From: a virus
Virus record (IMG/VR): IMGVR_UViG_3300045988_175328
Location: 160,001-224,000 of that record
Strand: one strand, 5' to 3'
DNA length: 64,000 nucleotides
Positions 54,519 through 63,370 of the stretch are shown one piece after another. Under the pieces are notes generated by a model. That model searched no databases and was not told where the DNA came from. It saw only the letters and a program-made list of their open reading frames with translations. Numbering within the stretch: position 1 is the stretch's first letter; every line of letters starts with the position of its first letter. The translations under genes were made by a program, and so were the position numbers.

Positions 54519-55200
54519 CTGTTGTATGAATACATTAATCTTCTATTGTAATAAAGAAGATGATAAATCAAAAAGATCTTTAAAAAAATTGTTTAATTCT
54601 TTTGTTAAATTAAGAGAAAAATATAATTCTAATTTACATAAAATGATGTGTGACCAATTTAATAAACAATATGTAATTCCATCCTTTAAAAGAGCTGAAC
54701 TCGATTATATTTCAGAAAACATTTCTGTATTAGAAGAAAGTGATAATGCTTCTTTTATTATGGAAGTTGTTTCAGCATGGATTCCTATTATTAGAAATAT
54801 GGAACATATTGTAAATATGTGGAATCAGAATAATACTAATTCTTTGATCAAAGTTGTAGGCATGGCCGAAGAAACTGGCTGTGATGTTTATGTAAACACA
54901 GATAAAGAAGGAGATTTTTTCATTGATCGATACAAATTTGTATTTGTAAAAGAAAATGAAGATGAAGATATTTATTCTGACAGCTTTGCTGCATCTAAAA
55001 GAGTTATTTCTAAAAAACTAAGAGAGTATGGTTATCATTTTTCAGAAGAAATTATTTTTAATACAGACAATGAAGAAAAGCTACAGACTATTGTAAATAG
55101 TATTATTGAAAAAGAAGATTTAGAATTAATTAGATTCTTTTGTTTTAAATATGAAGAAGAAGATGACTGTCCAGTTACATGGATAAGTCCAAAGGAATAA
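54511..55200 (+). CDS. Hypothetical protein
   Basis: ORF track, GGAGG SD. Confidence 0.55.
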   Translation: MANCCMNTLIFYCNKEDDKSKRSLKKLFNSFVKLREKYNSNLHKMMCDQFNKQYVIPSFKRAELDYISENISVLEESDNASFIMEVVSAWIPIIRNMEHIVNMWNQNNTNSLIKVVGMAEETGCDVYVNTDKEGDFFIDRYKFVFVKENEDEDIYSDSFAASKRVISKKLREYGYHFSEEIIFNTDNEEKLQTIVNSIIEKEDLELIRFFCFKYEEEDDCPVTWISPKE

Positions 55201-55202
55201 TC

Positions 55203-56075
55203 ATGAATGTAGGATTTTTTATATTTGCAGATAATCATAATCGCAAAGAACGAGTTCCTGTCTATAAAGTCTGGAACTTATTAAATAAAGCATATTCTGA
55301 GGCTTCCAATAACTGTCAAGATTTAACATTAAAAGATGCATATCGTGCCATGTTTCCTATTGATAACTGGCACGATATTCTTGTATCCCAAGGAGTCATT
55401 GAAACAATTGGAAATGTAAATGAAGATTTAGTCGGTTTCGAAATTGTAGTTGAAAGCGACAGTACTGATATTCTAAAAGAATTTGAATTGGCTATGAATC
55501 GATATTTTAATATGGCCGGACTTAATTTAGAAATTGTTGGTCGAGCTGTTGATTACGATAAAAGAATATCGATGAGTACAGATTACCATCATGTTTATTA
55601 CAAAGAAGCTTTAATTATTTCTGGCGAAATAGAAGGAAGTGACTTTTATTGTGACTATGATAATTTGGAACAGGTTCAAAGACTTTTAGTCGATTTTTTA
55701 GAATCGGATACTAGATTAAATGAAGAAGAAATAGTTACTCATGTAGAAGCTACTGGGTATGATTTAAATGATATGGAAGGTTTAGAAAAAGCCTTCAAAG
55801 TTGCTATGAAACATTTTAATGTTAATGGTGATTTTAAAATTGAAAAAATTAAAATTGATGAAAGGAAAAAATATACAATGAATTATAAAGCGAAATTTTT
55901 AATTGACACTTTAAGTCAATCTATCAAAACACTAGAAATGCACGAAGAAAGAAACGGACGAGATTATCTTATTGGTTCCGTTCTTGCAAATTTATATTTG
56001 GTACGAAACGATTTTGAAGACTATCTTCATGAGGAACATGAAGTTAATCTAATATCTGAAGAAATTCCATTTTAA
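55203..56075 (+). CDS. Hypothetical protein with two related halves
   Basis: Repeat within protein: 'DILKEFELAMNRYFNMAGLNLEIVGRAVDYDKR' vs 'EGLEKAFKVAMKHFNVNGDFKIEKIKIDERKK'. Confidence 0.55.
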   Translation: MNVGFFIFADNHNRKERVPVYKVWNLLNKAYSEASNNCQDLTLKDAYRAMFPIDNWHDILVSQGVIETIGNVNEDLVGFEIVVESDSTDILKEFELAMNRYFNMAGLNLEIVGRAVDYDKRISMSTDYHHVYYKEALIISGEIEGSDFYCDYDNLEQVQRLLVDFLESDTRLNEEEIVTHVEATGYDLNDMEGLEKAFKVAMKHFNVNGDFKIEKIKIDERKKYTMNYKAKFLIDTLSQSIKTLEMHEERNGRDYLIGSVLANLYLVRNDFEDYLHEEHEVNLISEEIPF

Positions 56076-56087
56076 GGGAAATTTATT

Positions 56088-56528
56088 ATGGCTACAGCAT
56101 CAAGAATTGCAAAATATATAGTTAAAGAGGCATTAAAAAGAAAAATGCCAGTTACTAATTTAAAATTACAAAAATTATTATATTTTGTTCAAGGCGTCCA
56201 TTTGTTTATGCATGAAAAAGTCGCATTCCTAGATGAAATTATTGCTTGGCAATATGGACCTGTAGTAAAAGATGTTTACTATGAATATTCTATTTATGGA
56301 GCAAATGACATTATTCCAATCGATAAGAATGAAAAAATAATTTTATCTATGCGATTAAAGAAACTTGTAAGTTTCGTATTAGATGATTTGTTAAGATATT
56401 CAGATATTGCATTAGTCAAAGAAACAAAAAAGGAAGGCTCTCCATGGAGCCAAGTATCTTTAAATGAAGTAATCGACGAAAAAGATATATATGAATATTT
56501 CTTAAAGAACTATATACATTTTAAATAA
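56088..56528 (+). CDS. Panacea/SocA-like (DUF4065) domain protein
   Basis: 'IAKYIVKEALKRKMPVTNLKLQKLLYFVQGVHLFMHEKVAFLDEIIAWQYGPVVKDVYYEYSIYG'. Confidence 0.85.
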   Translation: MATASRIAKYIVKEALKRKMPVTNLKLQKLLYFVQGVHLFMHEKVAFLDEIIAWQYGPVVKDVYYEYSIYGANDIIPIDKNEKIILSMRLKKLVSFVLDDLLRYSDIALVKETKKEGSPWSQVSLNEVIDEKDIYEYFLKNYIHFK

Positions 56529-56553
56529 TAATTAATTAAATGAGGGAACAACT

Positions 56554-56877
56554 ATGAGAATGATTAAAATGAAAAAAGAAGTTTTTGAAGCTAAAAAAAG
56601 ATGTCTTATCACTAAAACTATTATCCTAACAAGCGTTTTCTGGCTTTTAATTACACTTACATTTGAATTTTTAAATACTCCAAAATATCATGAGGCATAT
56701 AAGATTCATACCATTCAAAACAATGAAACTGTTTGGGATGTCGCCGATAAATATAGTCATAATTTAGTCGACAAACGAATCTTAGTTAACGAAATCATTC
56801 AAGATAATGATCTCGGAAAAGATGCGATTACGTATAATGGTATGAAACTAATTGTTCGTGAACGTATCTCTAAATAG
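56554..56877 (+). CDS. Membrane-anchored LysM-like protein
   Basis: One TM helix then 'YKIHTIQNNETVWDVADKYSHNLVDKRILVNEIIQDNDLGKDAITYNGMKLIVR'. Confidence 0.7.
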   Translation: MRMIKMKKEVFEAKKRCLITKTIILTSVFWLLITLTFEFLNTPKYHEAYKIHTIQNNETVWDVADKYSHNLVDKRILVNEIIQDNDLGKDAITYNGMKLIVRERISK

Positions 56878-56890
56878 AGGTGATATTATG

Positions 56891-57163
56891 ATTATCGAAA
56901 CAGAAACTAATTTAATTGTGCCGCCAGGCGAAACAATTAAAGAACAAATGAAGCAAAAGAATATTTCTTTAAAAGAATTAGCTAAAGCTATTGATGAAGA
57001 TGAAGAACGAACTCAAGAATTACTTGAAGGTGATATTCGCATGCAGCGAAAACATATGGAAGGACTAGAGCAAATTCTAGGAATACCATTTAGATTTTGG
57101 CGCAATCTTGAAGACAACTATCGTAACGAACTAGATGAATGGGAAGATGAGGCCTGGTCATGA
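56891..57163 (+). CDS. HigA/VapI-like HTH antitoxin-family protein
   Basis: 'PPGETIKEQMKQKNISLKELAKAIDEDEERTQELLEGDIRMQRKHMEGLEQILGIPFRFWRNLEDNYR'; internal ATG after GAGG preferred over track start 56852. Confidence 0.8.
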   Translation: MIETETNLIVPPGETIKEQMKQKNISLKELAKAIDEDEERTQELLEGDIRMQRKHMEGLEQILGIPFRFWRNLEDNYRNELDEWEDEAWS

Positions 57164-57615
57164 GTCTTGAAGAAGAATTAAATGCATACAAACTAGATCT
57201 TTTAGAGAATACTAAATACTTCACGATAGAAGAATTAGCTGATTTGTATGAGAATGGTCAGCTAGATGTCCACTACAATGCAGACAAAACTGAACATTGG
57301 ACTAATAAAAAACAAGATAAATTAATTAAAAATATTCTCTTAGGATTTCCGATTCCTACAATCTTCTTACAAGAGAAAGATGGAGAATATCTTGTTATAG
57401 ATGGGTATAATAGACTTTTTACTATTTTAAGATTTTTGAATGTAATCGTAGCATGGAATGCACATGTATATAGATTCCCATACAAAGTTGAAATGTATCA
57501 TCCAAAATTGCCATCTTTTAAAGAGACAACTTGGGATAATGGCGGCAAAAGACTTTCGAAAAAATTAAAAGAAAAGTTTTTAAATTATCGAATACCAGTA
57601 TATTTTATAAAATAA
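57160..57615 (+). CDS. Small stand-alone DUF262 (ParB-like/GmrS N-terminal) domain protein
   Basis: 'HWTNKKQDKLIKNILLGFPIPTIFLQEKDGEYLVIDGYNRLFTILRFL' resembling ..LIxSlLlGiPIPxIfl..DG..viDGqQRLtTLxxFl. Confidence 0.75.
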   Translation: MSLEEELNAYKLDLLENTKYFTIEELADLYENGQLDVHYNADKTEHWTNKKQDKLIKNILLGFPIPTIFLQEKDGEYLVIDGYNRLFTILRFLNVIVAWNAHVYRFPYKVEMYHPKLPSFKETTWDNGGKRLSKKLKEKFLNYRIPVYFIK

Positions 57616-57642
57616 TTTTTGTTATTTTTCATTTATTTACTC

Positions 57643-57671
57643 TTGTATTTTTTGTAATATAGGAGTATAAT
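57643..57671 (+). promoter_or_regulatory. Sigma70-type promoter upstream of ncRNA candidate
   Basis: TTGTAT-N17-TATAAT. Confidence 0.75.
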
Positions 57672-57677
57672 ATTTGT

Positions 57678-58952
57678 TGAATAAATATTGTTTGTAGTTT
57701 TATATTATTTTTTTAATTTTTAGATGTCCCATACGTCTTAAAATCATATTTTATATAATAAAAGACAGTAGTTTAACTATTGTTTCTGTGATTTACAATG
57801 AAGAAATACCCCTATGTTTCTTCTCAATGCAAAACTACAATCCCATCTAAGTTAGGTTAGGATAACGTGACCTAACAGTTCGCTCCAAAATCCTTACACC
57901 AGGATGGCTTAGTCTCTACAAGAGCTTGCGACTCTTGAATAGTGGACAGGCATGGGAGGGTGTCCTTGTACTTTAATTTTAATTTGTTTTTAGTATTTTA
58001 ATACTGATTATGTAACAAAAACGATTTTTATAACAAAAAAACGAATCATTAACACTTTAAAGTACATGTAGGCTATATGTAAGACCTAAAGGGAATACCT
58101 GGCTACCTTCTGTAACCGTATCTGAAAGCCGGAGAAAGCATTGCTACGGATTCGTCATGTAGTAGCGTTTGCAGTCCTTACCTGGACTTTAAATAGCGGG
58201 TGTTGCGAGCCCATGTAAGCGAAATCAGCAAAGGTACCCGTACTTAGTCTTCCTGAGTACGGATCCTACAAACGGGATGAAGGAACTACTGAATCCCTTA
58301 TAGTATTACACTGTAATGGTAATTAGTAAGGTAAACATAAGAAATAGTGTCTCGCAAGCATGAGTTACCGAACGTTGCATTAATATAGCTATATTAGCTG
58401 TGAATTGGATCTTTCGCCACAGTTTACACTGTAAATGTAGATCTGGAGCTAATATATAGGCGGCCTGTGTTAATGAGTAGTAGCTATGATTAAATGAGTT
58501 CGGGGGTATCAACTGGACGAGCTAATGAAGACGTAAGTCTTTGTTAGTATGTTGAGGTTGGCTTCCGTATGGACGATATCGGAGCCGGATTCCGTTCGAT
58601 AGGCAAGGTGCGAGAGATCGTGAACCCTACCTAGCATGTAGAAGTAGAACCTAGACGCATGGTAAGAACGGTTATTATTTTTCTAGCTGTTGTATCTGAA
58701 TATGTCGTAAGACATTGGAAGGATATATGCAAAAGCAGTACAGTTGTTAAATAAAACTGGAAGTAGAGATCTAATAAAGTATAGGAAGACGCCTTAGGGC
58801 AAAACTTAATTTTTTAATCCAGTAGGATTAGTCTGCCCAAAAGGAGTTAACTTACCCCCGTACGAAGAATATAAGCTGTTATCTTAAGATAGCTGGCGTA
58901 AACTGATTAGATCGGTTTGTCAGAACTGTCTTAGGATAACAGCTATTTTTTT
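57678..58952 (+). ncRNA. Large structured non-coding RNA candidate (~1.3 kb)
   Basis: No long ORF, many GNRA/short-loop hairpins, promoter at 5' end and 19-bp terminator stem at 3' end. Confidence 0.65.
58873..58952 (+). terminator. Terminator-like long hairpin at end of ncRNA candidate
   Basis: AGCTGTTATCTTAAGATAG ... CTGTCTTAGGATAACAGCT then ATTTTTTT. Confidence 0.65.
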
Positions 58953-59198
58953 ATACTGAAATTGATACTGTAGAACTGATACTTATTATCTGACTTAACT
59001 CTAATGGTAACTGCGTCCTATTTATATTTAATAAGGCTTTAGATAGGGGGCGTGAAAATAGAGCTGAATCTTTATCAAAAGCAGAGTAATCTCTGCGCGT
59101 TGATAATCAGTTAGTATCGGTAATACAGAATTAAGATAGAATTAGTGCTATGTTTGTAGCTTCGGTAATTTGCAGATACAGAAAGGACAGGACGAGAA

Positions 59199-59633
59199 TT
59201 GAGTAAGGCTAAAGAACAAGAATTAGAACGAGTAATTACAGAGTTATTAGAATGTTATGATTTCGAGGCTAATACCGATCTATTGATTCGAGCCATGAAT
59301 ACAGAATTAGTAGGATTATATGATGATAATGGTGACTCTTTTACTATCGGCAATCTTACAAGAGGTGCTATGCGAGTACTGTTATCTAACTGGGACAAAT
59401 GGAGAATTACAGAAGAACAGCCTGAAATTGTAGGGATGTTTGTCATATCAGTTATTAAGAACTATATCGGAATGAGAGCATATGATCCTAGAGCGGCCGA
59501 ACGAATCAACTTATACATGCAAATGTTTCTAGCAGAAGATGAAGCAGATGTTTATCAATTACACTTAGATTTCATACTAGGAGTAGACGATTGCGACTGT
59601 GAGGAACTAGACGAAGTAGAGGTGTTACATTAA
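59199..59633 (+). CDS. Hypothetical protein, paralogue of 59711 ORF
   Basis: 'GDSFTIGNLTRGAMRVLLSNWDKWRITEEQPEIVGMFVISVIKNYIGMRAYDPRAAERINLYM'. Confidence 0.6.
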   Translation: MSKAKEQELERVITELLECYDFEANTDLLIRAMNTELVGLYDDNGDSFTIGNLTRGAMRVLLSNWDKWRITEEQPEIVGMFVISVIKNYIGMRAYDPRAAERINLYMQMFLAEDEADVYQLHLDFILGVDDCDCEELDEVEVLH

Positions 59634-59710
59634 GATATCATGGCTGCCTCTAGTTCTGAAAGGGAGGAGTCTGCCCAAAATTAAGTATTATTAAAATAGG
59701 AGTATTTAAA

Positions 59711-60163
59711 ATGAGTGCCGATAAAGAGTTAAATATACTCAAGCTAATAAAAGATATCAGTAAAAATGATTTTAGTATTTTACAAGATAAAGATAAAATG
59801 GCTCGTTATATGAAAATAAAATTGCTTGATACAGATGAAGGTGAATCACTTACGCTTGGCAATTTAATAGAAGGAGCCTTAAAACTTGCAAAACGAGATC
59901 ATAATATCCATCGTCTTATGAAACAAGATATGAAAACAGCTGGAATGTATTTTTTAGGTGTCCTTAGCGTTCATGCTAAATTGTATGTTAAAAGAGATCC
60001 AGAAACAGATGAAAGATTCTTCTCTTATATTCATGCATATAAAGCTAAGACTAATGAAGAAATTGATTTCATGAGAGATAATTTTATATTAGGACAAATT
60101 AGTGATATTAGTGATGATGAAATTTTAAATAGAGATGAAATTTTTAATTTAATCAATAGCTAA
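59711..60163 (+). CDS. Hypothetical protein, paralogue of 59199 ORF
   Basis: 'GESLTLGNLIEGALKLAKRDHNIHRLMKQDMKTAGMYFLGVLSVHAKLYVKRDPETDERFFSYI'. Confidence 0.6.
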   Translation: MSADKELNILKLIKDISKNDFSILQDKDKMARYMKIKLLDTDEGESLTLGNLIEGALKLAKRDHNIHRLMKQDMKTAGMYFLGVLSVHAKLYVKRDPETDERFFSYIHAYKAKTNEEIDFMRDNFILGQISDISDDEILNRDEIFNLINS

Positions 60164-60239
60164 TATTAAATCTTAGTTCTCGATAATTAAAGCTAATTGT
60201 GATATAATAGGATCAGATTCTTAAAGAAAGGAGGTCAGT

Positions 60240-60836
60240 ATGAATAGGAAATTTAGAGTGCCATTTAACCCTAAGAAGTTATTACGGGAGCTTCAACAAG
60301 AGCGACAACGAACTATTGAAGCAGCGCGGATTAAGATTACGATTCCTGAAGAAAAACCGAAGGTCGTCGATATTGAGCCTAAGGTTACTGTCTTTGATGA
60401 AGAAATGAAACAGACTTCTCAAGTAGCTGATGACAAGCTTAAGAAGATTAGCTGTCCAGAGCATAACGAGAAATACACTAAAGAAGAGCTTATCGAAATG
60501 TTAGTTCGCGGCAAGGAAGCTTTAGTATATATTCACAACAATTATAATAATTGGGGCGAAATCGTTAACGAATCTGATCAAGCCATTGGCGATATTAGAC
60601 ATTATGTCGAGCTTAATTATCCAGAAGATGCTGAGTCGCAACAATTAGTCTGTGAGTTAATACGAGATTATTCAAAGCGCCGCCGCATGTATAAAGACAT
60701 GCAATGCATCTTTGAATCAGTTCTCGATATCAACAAGGATATCTATGAGAAGATTAACAAAGTTAAAACAGTATCTTTTAGACAAGAATCTGGACGAGTC
60801 TATCGTCCACGAGTATTAAGCGAGCTCTTTGAATGA
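60240..60836 (+). CDS. Hypothetical protein
   Basis: ORF track, AAGGAGG SD. Confidence 0.6.
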   Translation: MNRKFRVPFNPKKLLRELQQERQRTIEAARIKITIPEEKPKVVDIEPKVTVFDEEMKQTSQVADDKLKKISCPEHNEKYTKEELIEMLVRGKEALVYIHNNYNNWGEIVNESDQAIGDIRHYVELNYPEDAESQQLVCELIRDYSKRRRMYKDMQCIFESVLDINKDIYEKINKVKTVSFRQESGRVYRPRVLSELFE

Positions 60837-61044
60837 GGTGATGGTTGTGAGCTTACTAAAAAGAAATGATTCTGATACTGTCGTCGATTATGTAAAAGAA
60901 GATAATCAGCGGCGCATGTGTCAGAAAGCCGGAGTTGTCTTCGGATCGGTACTTAATGTGTCGATTATCACAGGGAAAGCGTTTCTTAAGGCTGCCGGAG
61001 AAGAGCTTAAGAAACTTCCTTATGAACTATCCAAGATCCGGTAA
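60829..61044 (+). CDS. Hypothetical small protein
   Basis: ORF track. Confidence 0.5.
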   Translation: MNEVMVVSLLKRNDSDTVVDYVKEDNQRRMCQKAGVVFGSVLNVSIITGKAFLKAAGEELKKLPYELSKIR

Positions 61045-61086
61045 TATTAGAGCAGTAAATTTGTTCTAATAAAGGAAATTAGTATT

Positions 61087-61416
61087 ATGTTTGAACATGC
61101 TACGATTATAAAACTCGATGGCGCGATTCAAATACGTCCGAATGATAAGACAGAAGAACTTAATCTGTATATCGAGACGCTATTTAATTTAGTTCGCCGA
61201 AAGAAAGGCGCTGCACAAGGCCCGTTCTTACAGAATAATTTAATTAAACTATTCTGGCACGGCAATGCGATTGAAGCTTATATCGGCGAAACTCATATCG
61301 AAGTTTTTAAAAATCTAATCAAACTCTATGTCGACGTCGAATCGAAAGACCATCGCCATATTGTTAACACATTTAAATCAGTGTTTGTATTCTTAAAGAA
61401 CGCACTGATTAGTTAA
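61087..61416 (+). CDS. Hypothetical protein
   Basis: ORF track. Confidence 0.55.
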   Translation: MFEHATIIKLDGAIQIRPNDKTEELNLYIETLFNLVRRKKGAAQGPFLQNNLIKLFWHGNAIEAYIGETHIEVFKNLIKLYVDVESKDHRHIVNTFKSVFVFLKNALIS

Positions 61417-61465
61417 AGGTAAGCTCCGGGTAATACCGGGGCTTTTTCTATTTCTGGAGGTCTGA

Positions 61466-61579
61466 ATGCGAGAAATAAAAATTCGTTTAAATCCCACTAG
61501 AATGATTCTTTTAGACATTCTGATTGCGGTCGGATGGTTTGTCGTAGGATATTATACTGCTAAAGCGGGGTTATTATAA
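61466..61579 (+). CDS. Tiny membrane protein (37 aa), not in ORF track
   Basis: MREIKIRLNPTRMILLDILIAVGWFVVGYYTAKAGLL; SD GGAGG. Confidence 0.6.
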   Translation: MREIKIRLNPTRMILLDILIAVGWFVVGYYTAKAGLL

Positions 61580-62031
61580 TGGAACTTGTGTATCAAATAA
61601 CTACATCAGGATTATTGTTTGCCTTAGTGTTTGTTGTAGCTTATTCTATTAAAACTTTTTACGAGCTATTCCAAGAGAATACTAAATTACGCAAAATTAT
61701 TGATCGTCAGAACGCTGCCGTTAATGCTTTTTCACTCGTTAAAGCTAGAGAACGATATGAATCAATTTATGGTCCGACTAATTATACTAATATTATCCAT
61801 CTAGCATCAGAATACAAACATGGTTTTAAAATCCCAGAAGAAATGCAAGCTTTAGCTTGGCAAATTAAAACAGGATTTTTATATACGACATATGTATTTG
61901 AAGACGATGAATATAAAATTAAGATGTATTTTTTAACAGATGTCGAAGACTATAAAAATACAGATTTCTATCGTGAATATGAAGCATTAACAGCTTCTGT
62001 TGTTATCGGTAAGAACATTGAAAAAGATTAA
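61579..62031 (+). CDS. Membrane-anchored hypothetical protein
   Basis: N-terminal TM 'GLLFALVFVVAYSIKTFYELF'. Confidence 0.6.
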   Translation: MELVYQITTSGLLFALVFVVAYSIKTFYELFQENTKLRKIIDRQNAAVNAFSLVKARERYESIYGPTNYTNIIHLASEYKHGFKIPEEMQALAWQIKTGFLYTTYVFEDDEYKIKMYFLTDVEDYKNTDFYREYEALTASVVIGKNIEKD

Positions 62032-62491
62032 TCTTTACTGGGTCGGTAATATTACAGTATTAAAATTCCTCGGGGAATTTGATTCGAGCAAGAAAGCACT
62101 TGCTAGTATTGATGATTATCTCGATAATTGTTTAAATAGCCGCTTTCATGCGAACAGATTGTATCGATTTATCGGTGATGAATCAGATGGAGAAATTACG
62201 ATAGATTACGGTCCATATACTTGTTTCTATCATATGTTCTTCAACGAAGATAGACCGAAACGATACTGGATCCAAGCATCTCATAATCCTCATACCGATA
62301 CATTTATTTTACGATGTATTTATCTCGATGATCAATTCAAGTATTTTTACGACGGAAATAAAAATTGTATCACTATCGAAGGTTTTAAGATATACTATGA
62401 TCGAGAGTATTCAATTAAATTTTATAATAAATTAATTAATCATCTCGAAAGGTATTATCAAAAATACTGGCCTGAATTTGCTAAAAAGTAG
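62000..62491 (+). CDS. Hypothetical protein (start uncertain)
   Basis: ORF track. Confidence 0.5.
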   Translation: MLSVRTLKKINLYWVGNITVLKFLGEFDSSKKALASIDDYLDNCLNSRFHANRLYRFIGDESDGEITIDYGPYTCFYHMFFNEDRPKRYWIQASHNPHTDTFILRCIYLDDQFKYFYDGNKNCITIEGFKIYYDREYSIKFYNKLINHLERYYQKYWPEFAKK

Positions 62492-62595
62492 ATTTTAAGG
62501 TATAATCTAATTGTAACGAAATATTTAGTTTAAAGAGTATAGGCAAGCTTTTGAACTAACAGAGTATAATCTAATCCCGAAAGGAGTATTCTACT

Positions 62596-62922
62596 ATGTT
62601 TACTAAAATTGTTTCTGCATTAAGTCTTTCTGTCCTGTGCCTTCTTGGCACAGTTACTACAGCACACGCATCACAAATCATGAATGTAAGTGCTTATGTT
62701 GCGACTGGTAATCCAATGGCTAACGGCGAATATCCTTATGAAGGCGCTGTAGCCAGTGATGATTTGCCATTCGGAACGCGGCTACTTATCGCTGGACGAG
62801 AATATGTCGTTAAGGACCGTTTTGGCGGCGGTTACACCGATAGAATTGATATCTTCATGGATTCCTATGATGATGCAATTAATTTCGGACGCCAATATTT
62901 ACCTGTCGAAATTATTAGTTAG
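62596..62922 (+). CDS. Secreted 3D-domain protein (putative peptidoglycan-active)
   Basis: Signal peptide 'MFTKIVSALSLSVLCLLGTVTTAHAS'; 'MNVSAYVATGNPMANGEYPYEGAVASDDLPFGTRLLIAGREYVVKDRFGGGYTDRIDIFMDSYDDAINFGRQYLPVEII'. Confidence 0.85.
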   Translation: MFTKIVSALSLSVLCLLGTVTTAHASQIMNVSAYVATGNPMANGEYPYEGAVASDDLPFGTRLLIAGREYVVKDRFGGGYTDRIDIFMDSYDDAINFGRQYLPVEIIS

Positions 62923-62945
62923 AATAAAGGAGGCCTGAGATCCAA

Positions 62946-63365
62946 TTGGATCACCTCGAGGATTTTAAAACAAAATTATCATTTGGCTCGCTAATATTAG
63001 CAGTCATATCTCCATTAACAGTATTCGGACATATCGATTACTTAATTGGATTTGCAATTGTGGCTTCATTAATGCTACCATTGTTTTTAATAGTAGCTTT
63101 TATGCTAACACTATTAATCTATATCGTTCTTCGGAAACAAGATATTGATCCTGAGAAGAAACGATATGTGCTTTACAAGCCAGTTATCCTGGCTATTGTT
63201 TCAGGAATAGGTTTAATCGTTAATTTTATAATGGCACTACGAATTTACGAGCCAGCAATCGATATTTATATCATGATGGCGATTGTCGTATATTCTATCT
63301 GCTTTAATATTGTTAATAGTATTAGCCTATTTCGATCTATTGTTAAAGTCTCGTTTAGAGAATAA
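62946..63365 (+). CDS. Multi-spanning membrane protein (~4 TM)
   Basis: Hydrophobic segments in LISVISPLTVFGH.., LMLPLFLIVAFMLTLLIYIV, PVILAIVSGIGLIVNFIM, IYIMMAIVVYSICFNIV. Confidence 0.65.
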   Translation: MDHLEDFKTKLSFGSLILAVISPLTVFGHIDYLIGFAIVASLMLPLFLIVAFMLTLLIYIVLRKQDIDPEKKRYVLYKPVILAIVSGIGLIVNFIMALRIYEPAIDIYIMMAIVVYSICFNIVNSISLFRSIVKVSFRE

Positions 63366-63370
63366 TTAAA

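Noticed and set aside
56891-57163. Classical HigBA toxin-antitoxin pair
   Set aside because: The neighbouring genes are LysM-like and DUF262-like; no RelE/HigB-type toxin is recognisable.
57750-59190. Ribosomal RNA, tRNA, tmRNA or RNase P RNA
   Set aside because: I found no tRNA T-arm/CCA pattern, rRNA universal core or RNase P/tmRNA conserved strings; left as an unclassified large ncRNA pending covariance searches.
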